Below, in pieces: positions 58,757-64,000 of a stretch of 64,000 nucleotides of DNA. Position 1 is the stretch's first letter; every line of letters starts with the position of its first letter. The stretch is from an uncultured virus (IMG/VR IMGVR_UViG_3300035208_003226) (taxonomy: Duplodnaviria; Heunggongvirae; Uroviricota; Caudoviricetes): IMG/VR virus record IMGVR_UViG_3300035208_003226; one strand, given 5' to 3'. The position numbers and the translations under genes are program-made. The notes beneath the pieces are model-generated. The model did not search any database and was not told the origin of the DNA. It saw nothing but the letters and a program-made list of their open reading frames with translations.

Positions 58757-58945
58757 TTATATCTCGCTCCCAACAATATCACCACTTTTATTTCTAAAGC
58801 TCATATAATCGTCCCATTGAAATCTGACAAACTTTGAAAAATTAAAATTACTGTCCTTCTTTCTCTCATCCTCTATTTGTCCTATCTGCTCATTCCTCAT
58901 TGTCACCAACACCTGATGCATCTTTTCTTTATTCTCTTTTGTCAT
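58757..58945 (-). CDS. Ribbon-helix-helix-like regulator
   Basis: QVLVTM strand, helix, NFSKFVR. Confidence 0.55.
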   Translation of the reverse strand: MTKENKEKMHQVLVTMRNEQIGQIEDERKKDSNFNFSKFVRFQWDDYMSFRNKSGDIVGSEI

Positions 58946-58982
58946 ATTAAATATATACCATATATAATCATTATATAACTTC

Positions 58983-59016
58983 ATTTAAATATATTTATAT
59001 ATAAATTATATAATTA
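58983..59016 (-). promoter_or_regulatory. Putative late promoter
   Basis: Same ATTATATAAT and ATTTAAAT spacing as the other copies. Confidence 0.65.
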
Positions 59017-59058
59017 GCTTTAAAAACAAAAACAAACAAAAAACAAACTAAAATTACT

Positions 59059-59307
59059 TTATGGGTCAATTTTAAATTCTAAAGCATGTCTAACAGTCAT
59101 AATATCTCCATCAAGATTAATTATTTTACGCAACCATCTTTTAGGTAATACTGCTAAAAGAACTCTAACCAACATACATCTTCTTTTTTGTTCCCCATCA
59201 ACTCTATCTTCAATATCCTGTATTTTTTCATTCAAATACAATATTGCACTATTCATCGACTCAATCTCTCTAACAGTTTGACTTGTTCTTGTTTTCTTTT
59301 TAATCAT
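59059..59307 (-). CDS. Hypothetical protein
   Basis: 82-aa ORF. Confidence 0.55.
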   Translation of the reverse strand: MIKKKTRTSQTVREIESMNSAILYLNEKIQDIEDRVDGEQKRRCMLVRVLLAVLPKRWLRKIINLDGDIMTVRHALEFKIDP

Positions 59308-59924
59308 TGTTCCCTCCTTTCATTATCTTGAATAAAATTATCTGCAACGATATTATTCTCAATATGATATAAAGCCCTATGTTGTCTTACATCAACACCA
59401 ACGACATTATCTTGCATTGCATCGTTTTCTGCTATTCCAACTAATTCAAAATCATCCTCACCATTATATGTATATTTTTTAATACACTTCTCTATAATAT
59501 TTTTTATTAAAAACGCCATCTGTCTTTTATTATCTAAAAATACAACATTAATACCATACCTCATCAACAAACTTCCAACCATTCCTAAAATGCAATGCTC
59601 ATTAATACTACTTGTTCTATCTTCAATATGTCCTTCAACAATTATAAAACTATCTATAACACCATCACCATTATACATACGACATGCTTGTTCCTCTAAT
59701 CTCTCATCCATAATACTCGAACAAAAATCATCTATTGTTTTTCTTTCGAATATAAGTTTATCTCCTGTAATAAACCGATATTTATAATCAATATCTTTAA
59801 TATCAAATACAAAATCTCCAACTTCCAATCTCTTAACCTCATACTCTACCCCCAATTCTTCAAACTCCTCATGTAAAGCTCCAAACTCTCTATCATCTGC
59901 AAATATCTTAATCTTATTTATCAT
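59304..59924 (-). CDS. ERCC4/XPF-family nuclease (putative resolvase)
   Basis: DDRE, LEVGDF, ERKTIDDF, RLEEQ, IVEG. Confidence 0.85.
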   Translation of the reverse strand: MINKIKIFADDREFGALHEEFEELGVEYEVKRLEVGDFVFDIKDIDYKYRFITGDKLIFERKTIDDFCSSIMDERLEEQACRMYNGDGVIDSFIIVEGHIEDRTSSINEHCILGMVGSLLMRYGINVVFLDNKRQMAFLIKNIIEKCIKKYTYNGEDDFELVGIAENDAMQDNVVGVDVRQHRALYHIENNIVADNFIQDNERREQ

Positions 59925-60063
59925 ATTTCTTTCTCCCTAAAAGCAGATATTATCATCATAATATTTACTCCAATTATAAAACCAAGATTAAAATATTTAG
60001 GAAATATCGTTATTAACAAAGCTATTATAATATTAAGTATACCCACAGATAAAAAATATCTAT

Positions 60064-60636
60064 TCATTTTCCCTCTCCTGCTTCTTTCAAAGCAGAATTT
60101 ATATTTTCAAGTTCTGTTTCATTAAATTCAAAACCTTTCCAAGTATAACAATCACATATAGAACAAATAGCACATTTCCCACCATTATTATCTAAACTAT
60201 GAGGTAAGTGAGCTTTTTTTGAATGACCACATTGACAAAACTCATCTATTGGATTATGCTTAATTTCATCTTTCGTCATCTGCAAAAATTCAACTGCTGT
60301 TTTTAGCTTATCGTTTCTTTTTACCTTCCAATAGCCATTAGGATAGCCAAATTGTTTTCCAGTAGTTACTTTTCTTATAAATCTGAAATTAAACTTTTGT
60401 CCTCTTTCTTTATGATAAACTAAATCTTTAGTAACTTCAACTTCACAAATATCAACATCTGTTAAATTTCTACCTTCTCCATTTCCATAGACGGGATATA
60501 AGTCTAAAATAAAATGGTCTCCAACTTTCAAATCTTTATCCTGTAATTTATTATTTGGATTATCAAAGTATTCTCTTGTATATTCGTTCTCTTTCTTGAT
60601 TTCTTGAATTTTTGTTAGGTAGGGGTTGTTGTTCAT
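60064..60636 (-). CDS. Hypothetical protein with C-terminal Zn finger
   Basis: CQCGH...H...C..C.C. Confidence 0.65.
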   Translation of the reverse strand: MNNNPYLTKIQEIKKENEYTREYFDNPNNKLQDKDLKVGDHFILDLYPVYGNGEGRNLTDVDICEVEVTKDLVYHKERGQKFNFRFIRKVTTGKQFGYPNGYWKVKRNDKLKTAVEFLQMTKDEIKHNPIDEFCQCGHSKKAHLPHSLDNNGGKCAICSICDCYTWKGFEFNETELENINSALKEAGEGK

Positions 60637-60791
60637 TGTTTTACCTCAATATTATCAGAAAAAATAACAAATGCTGTTTTTCCTATATGTTCTGCTGGAA
60701 CTATAATATGTCCTGCATATCCTCCAAACTTCTTACATTCTTTTTTAATTAATTCGTCTTTCTTTTCATCAAATTCTATTATAATTTTCAT
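60633..60791 (-). CDS. DUF2080-like small AbrB-fold protein
   Basis: KKFGGYAGHIIVPAEHIGK. Confidence 0.6.
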   Translation of the reverse strand: MKIIIEFDEKKDELIKKECKKFGGYAGHIIVPAEHIGKTAFVIFSDNIEVKQ

Positions 60792-60946
60792 GCTAAATCC
60801 TCCTCGTCTTTCTTTAATATACTTAAACATTTTTTACAATTAACATTAGATATATTATCTGTAGTATCATCAAATTCTCCATTAAGTCTGCTATCACAAA
60901 GTCTAATTCTATTTCCAAAATCAAATTTAACAAAATGTATTTTCAT
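60788..60946 (-). CDS. Small Zn-binding protein
   Basis: MKIH...LC...VNCKKC; starts at the linker ATG. Confidence 0.6.
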   Translation of the reverse strand: MKIHFVKFDFGNRIRLCDSRLNGEFDDTTDNISNVNCKKCLSILKKDEEDLA

Positions 60947-60996
60947 TCTGCTAAATCCTCCTCTTGAATTTTTGTTAGGTATGGGTTGTTGTTCAT
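60943..60996 (-). pseudogene. Duplicated 5' fragment of 60064..60636 (MNNNPYLTKIQEEDLAE)
   Basis: 35/36 nt identity between 60962-60997 and 60602-60637. Confidence 0.8.
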
Positions 60997-61172
60997 TTCT
61001 TCTTACCCCTACTCTTTGGTAATTCATAATGCATTTTCATTAAATCTTTTTTTAATATATTTCCAACAGACATAAAAAACTCTTGATATGAAACTTTCTT
61101 TATGTTAAGTTTAATCCACTCAACACAGATTATCTTAACTTTCTTTCTATCGGTTATATCTTTCATTTTCAT
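60993..61172 (-). CDS. Small hypothetical protein (59 aa)
   Basis: Read by hand (MKMKDITDRK...); ATGA-coupled at both ends. Confidence 0.55.
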   Translation of the reverse strand: MKMKDITDRKKVKIICVEWIKLNIKKVSYQEFFMSVGNILKKDLMKMHYELPKSRGKKK

Positions 61173-61405
61173 TCTGCTAAATCCTCCTCTGAAAGATTGA
61201 AGAAATCCATAAAGGCAAGATAAGCGTTTCTATGATGTTTAATTGCATACTTAAACCATTTTATTGCCTCAGTTTTTAACACATTATTCCATACAACTTT
61301 AGGGTAACTTCCTGTTTCTTTTAGTAAGAATCTTTTTTCACTTTCTAACATCATTAAATTCGGTTCTATTTCAATGTCTTTTAAAGTTTTTAGTTCGGTT
61401 GTCAT
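61169..61405 (-). CDS. Hypothetical protein
   Basis: LKTLKD..EAIKW..FFNLSEEDL. Confidence 0.65.
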   Translation of the reverse strand: MTTELKTLKDIEIEPNLMMLESEKRFLLKETGSYPKVVWNNVLKTEAIKWFKYAIKHHRNAYLAFMDFFNLSEEDLAE

Positions 61406-61414
61406 ATAATCGTC

Positions 61415-62227
61415 TCAAGGATACCCAATCCCTTTAGGGTTGGGAGGAATTGAGGGAGCTTCCTTTAAATTTAGTTGTGATAATCTTTCGTTAGCAATTT
61501 TACAATATTCTTCTGAAATTTCAAAACCAATATAATTTCTTCCCAACTTCTTACAAACTAATGCAGTTGTTCCAGCACCACTAAAGGGGTCGCATATATT
61601 TGCATTCTTCCAAGAAAACATTTTAATACATCTCTTTACTAATTCTTCAGGAAACATTGCATTATGTCCAAATACTTTTTGTTTAGTTTCAGGAGCAAAT
61701 TTCCAAAGTGCTAAAGACCATTCTATAAATTCTTCTTTTGTTAAATCAGTTTCCCCTCTCTTTTGAAGTTTTCTATCTCCTTTAGCAAAAATAAGTATAT
61801 GTTCAAATGGTGTAGGAAAAGATGGACAAGATGGAGATAAAAATGACCCCCAACTTGTTCTGTTACCTACTTGAGATTTGTCCCATATAATGTGTGTTAT
61901 GGGAATGTATCCAATTTCTTTCATAAATTGAATTATATCACTTGATGTTGGAACTGCTCCATTTCTACCATCTCCAATATTTATACAACATCTTCCGCCC
62001 ATACATTGTTTTTTAAATAATTCTGAAAATACTTCTTTTAACCATTTAATATAATCTTGATGGTCTTTGTTGTCGTTATATAAATCATAAGGACTTTTAT
62101 GATATTTATTATTCCCTAAATCTACATTATAAGGTGGAGAAGTAATTACTAAATCAATTAAATTATCTTCTATCTTTTTAATCCCTTCAAGGCAATCTTC
62201 GTTGTATATTTTGTTTGTTTCTAACAT
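61415..62227 (-). CDS. DNA amino-methyltransferase, beta class
   Basis: TSPPY, HNAMFPEEL, DPFSGAGTT. Confidence 0.9.
   Translation of the reverse strand: MLETNKIYNEDCLEGIKKIEDNLIDLVITSPPYNVDLGNNKYHKSPYDLYNDNKDHQDYIKWLKEVFSELFKKQCMGGRCCINIGDGRNGAVPTSSDIIQFMKEIGYIPITHIIWDKSQVGNRTSWGSFLSPSCPSFPTPFEHILIFAKGDRKLQKRGETDLTKEEFIEWSLALWKFAPETKQKVFGHNAMFPEELVKRCIKMFSWKNANICDPFSGAGTTALVCKKLGRNYIGFEISEEYCKIANERLSQLNLKEAPSIPPNPKGIGYP
61420..61452 (+). repeat. IS200/IS605-end-like imperfect hairpin 1
   Basis: CCCAA(T)CCCTTTAGGGTTGGG. Confidence 0.6.
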
Positions 62228-62239
62228 TTTGTTTCCTTA

Positions 62240-62273
62240 GATACTCCACCCTTTAGGGTGTGAGAGTATGTCA
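62240..62273 (+). repeat. IS200/IS605-end-like imperfect hairpin 2
   Basis: ATACTCCACCCTTTAGGGTGTGAGAGTATGTCA. Confidence 0.6.
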
Positions 62274-62819
62274 TTCTTTTCCTCCAAAGTATTTATTAAT
62301 AAAAGAATTAATATCTTCCCAACAAATAATTCCTGTAGTAAATTTAAGATATAAATCATCTTTCAGCTTCTTAACTTTCTCATTCAAATTCTCATTAACT
62401 CTATCGTTATGTTCACAAAATATCTTTTGTCCAGTATAATATCTATTTCTCCATTCATCAATTTCTTTCTGCATTTCTCTTTTTTGGGTTTCCTGTCCTG
62501 CTTTAAAATTATTTCGAGCAGTTTTAAATAAAAGAGCATCTGCGTAATTTATTTCTTTATCTTTATAGAAATTAGTTATATCTTGGTTAGTTATTTCCTG
62601 CATTTTTTGTGCAGTTAAGGAAATAGCTTCTAAAACGTCTTCTCCTGTATATTTCTTTGGATTATCTTTAAATCTCTGTTTTCTATTAATTATCTTATAC
62701 ATTATTTCTTGCTTTATCTCATCTGAAAAAGTGTCCGCAAAAGAAGTTGAAATAACAACAGAACTCTCCTTAGCATAAGCAGAATCAGTTATCTTCTTCT
62801 TTGGACTATTATTTTTCAT
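62271..62819 (-). CDS. Hypothetical protein
   Basis: 182-aa ORF. Confidence 0.6.
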   Translation of the reverse strand: MKNNSPKKKITDSAYAKESSVVISTSFADTFSDEIKQEIMYKIINRKQRFKDNPKKYTGEDVLEAISLTAQKMQEITNQDITNFYKDKEINYADALLFKTARNNFKAGQETQKREMQKEIDEWRNRYYTGQKIFCEHNDRVNENLNEKVKKLKDDLYLKFTTGIICWEDINSFINKYFGGKE

Positions 62820-63508
62820 TTTCCCAACACCTTCAAACTTGGCATCGTTCTTTTAATTACTTTGAAATATTCCTCACCCTTATCAATCATCTTCACAATC
62901 TGGCAAGTTTCACTTGCAATACTCAACACCGTATAAATCACACTTTTCTCACCGCAAACCGTATCTGCAGTCTTCTCCTCCAAATGCTTCTTACAACTCT
63001 CCACATCTTCTTTCTTTGCAAAATCATAACCATAAATCGCATAACTATCTGCACCCATTCTTGTATCTACCAACTTTATTGGTATCTGCTTCACAGCATC
63101 ATAAACTATCTTTCTTGCTTCCATATTATCAAAACACAAAACCACCACAGTATTCAAATCCACATTATTTTCAATAATCTTGCCAATATTCCTTTTTGTA
63201 ATCTTTTTCTCACAAATGCTAATCTGAGTTTCAGTAAAATCTTCAACAATATCCCTTAATGAATAAACTTTATACTTTCCAATATCACTTATTCTATAAA
63301 ACTGATTAGGAATATTCTGCTTCTCCACCGTATCAAAATCAAACACAGTAATATTATTGAATCCCAACTTCGCCAAATTTAACGTTATAAAACTTCCCGT
63401 GCTTCCTGCACCAAATACTAAAATATTACTTCTTTGCTTTTCAGGATTGAAAATCTTTTCTTGTCTTTCATAACTCACGACATTATCTTTAGTCATATTT
63501 CCTCCCAC
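62816..63508 (-). CDS. ThiF/E1-like adenylyltransferase
   Basis: YERQ, GAGSTG, DFDTVEKQNIPNQ, CFDN..AR, DTRMG. Confidence 0.88.
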   Translation of the reverse strand: MGGNMTKDNVVSYERQEKIFNPEKQRSNILVFGAGSTGSFITLNLAKLGFNNITVFDFDTVEKQNIPNQFYRISDIGKYKVYSLRDIVEDFTETQISICEKKITKRNIGKIIENNVDLNTVVVLCFDNMEARKIVYDAVKQIPIKLVDTRMGADSYAIYGYDFAKKEDVESCKKHLEEKTADTVCGEKSVIYTVLSIASETCQIVKMIDKGEEYFKVIKRTMPSLKVLGK

Positions 63509-63828
63509 ATTTCATCAAATTCTTCCTTTGTAATAGTATTTTCATTCATATCATAATAACTCTCACTAAATCCATCATTATCTAAATATCGGTTATGAAC
63601 ACATTTATTAAAATTACTGTATTCACTCCAACATTTGTTTCCCTCATTATCATAAGTAAAAATCTCATTTCCTTTAAAATCATATTCACTCCATCGTTCA
63701 AAACCATTTTCCATATATTTTAAATGTAAAATATTTCCATTCATATCATACCAATATTCTACAATATATCCATAAGCTTCAACCCTCTTATAATCAACAT
63801 ATGGTTGTTTTAATCTATATTCTGTCAT
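63493..63828 (-). CDS. YDxxGN-repeat protein
   Basis: YDMNGN, YDFKGN, YDNEGN, YDMNEN. Confidence 0.65.
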   Translation of the reverse strand: MTEYRLKQPYVDYKRVEAYGYIVEYWYDMNGNILHLKYMENGFERWSEYDFKGNEIFTYDNEGNKCWSEYSNFNKCVHNRYLDNDGFSESYYDMNENTITKEEFDEMWEEI

Positions 63829-64000
63829 TCTTGCAACTCCTCAATATTTATATAATCCCCCGAACTTTGTAACTCTTCATCATCTCGCCAATCTTCTTCA
63901 TCAACTCCGTCTTGTTTGCAATCCCAACTATAAATATAATCTCGAACAATAGTGAAAAACATTTCTGTATTATCTTTATTCAAAAACTTAAACAACAAGC

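Larger units (their letters stand above)
1..64000. mobile_element. Archaeal tailed dsDNA virus (Caudoviricetes, siphovirus-like), probably of a DPANN host; no genome ends or host flanks visible
   Basis: Terminase, portal, protease, capsid, tail tube, chaperone and tape measure genes, plus archaeal replication proteins and promoters; no host housekeeping genes. Confidence 0.93.

Noticed and set aside
60602..60997. DGR template/variable repeat pair
   Set aside because: Only 36 bp with one mismatch, at a gene start, and no reverse transcriptase seen
61415..62273. Autonomous IS or tnpB element
   Set aside because: No TnpA, TnpB or serine recombinase ORF; only end-like hairpins
62801..63259. Plus-strand ORFs over ThiF
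   Set aside because: Antisense shadows
1..64000. Integrase/att sites, tRNA or rRNA genes, stop-codon reassignment
   Set aside because: None recognised by eye; genes are full length and tightly packed in the standard code. A tRNA scan would be needed to exclude tRNAs

Overview
This AT-rich window is most or all of the genome of a tailed dsDNA virus (Caudoviricetes, siphovirus-like) of an archaeon. The archaeal signs are PCNA, PolB with a C-terminal clamp motif, an AEP primase, an MCM-like AAA+ protein, an ERCC4 nuclease, BRE+TTTATAAA promoters and KKG(Q/E) class III signal peptides. The host is inferred to be DPANN (Pacearchaeota/Woesearchaeota-like). Layout: minus-strand small genes, an origin-like region and the helicase (1-3160); plus-strand recombination, replication and methylation genes (3364-14463); a plus-strand glycan-biosynthesis cluster of about 16 kb (15460-31481); then minus-strand lysis, tail, head and packaging genes and accessory genes (31675-64000). 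The strongest lead is the glycan cluster (5 glycosyltransferases, a TPP-dependent sugar-branching pair, 2 B12 radical SAM enzymes) together with strong Gly-Ser/Ser-Gly enrichment in exposed virion proteins, which suggests a self-glycosylated virion. Other leads: clamp-binding tails on the DNA methyltransferases, a late-promoter motif with a fixed-spacing ATTATATAAT palindrome, a 60-bp element in three distant copies, junction-duplication scars of gene shuffling, and IS-end-like hairpins flanking a methyltransferase. All calls are from motif reading by eye; no searches were run and counts are manual.
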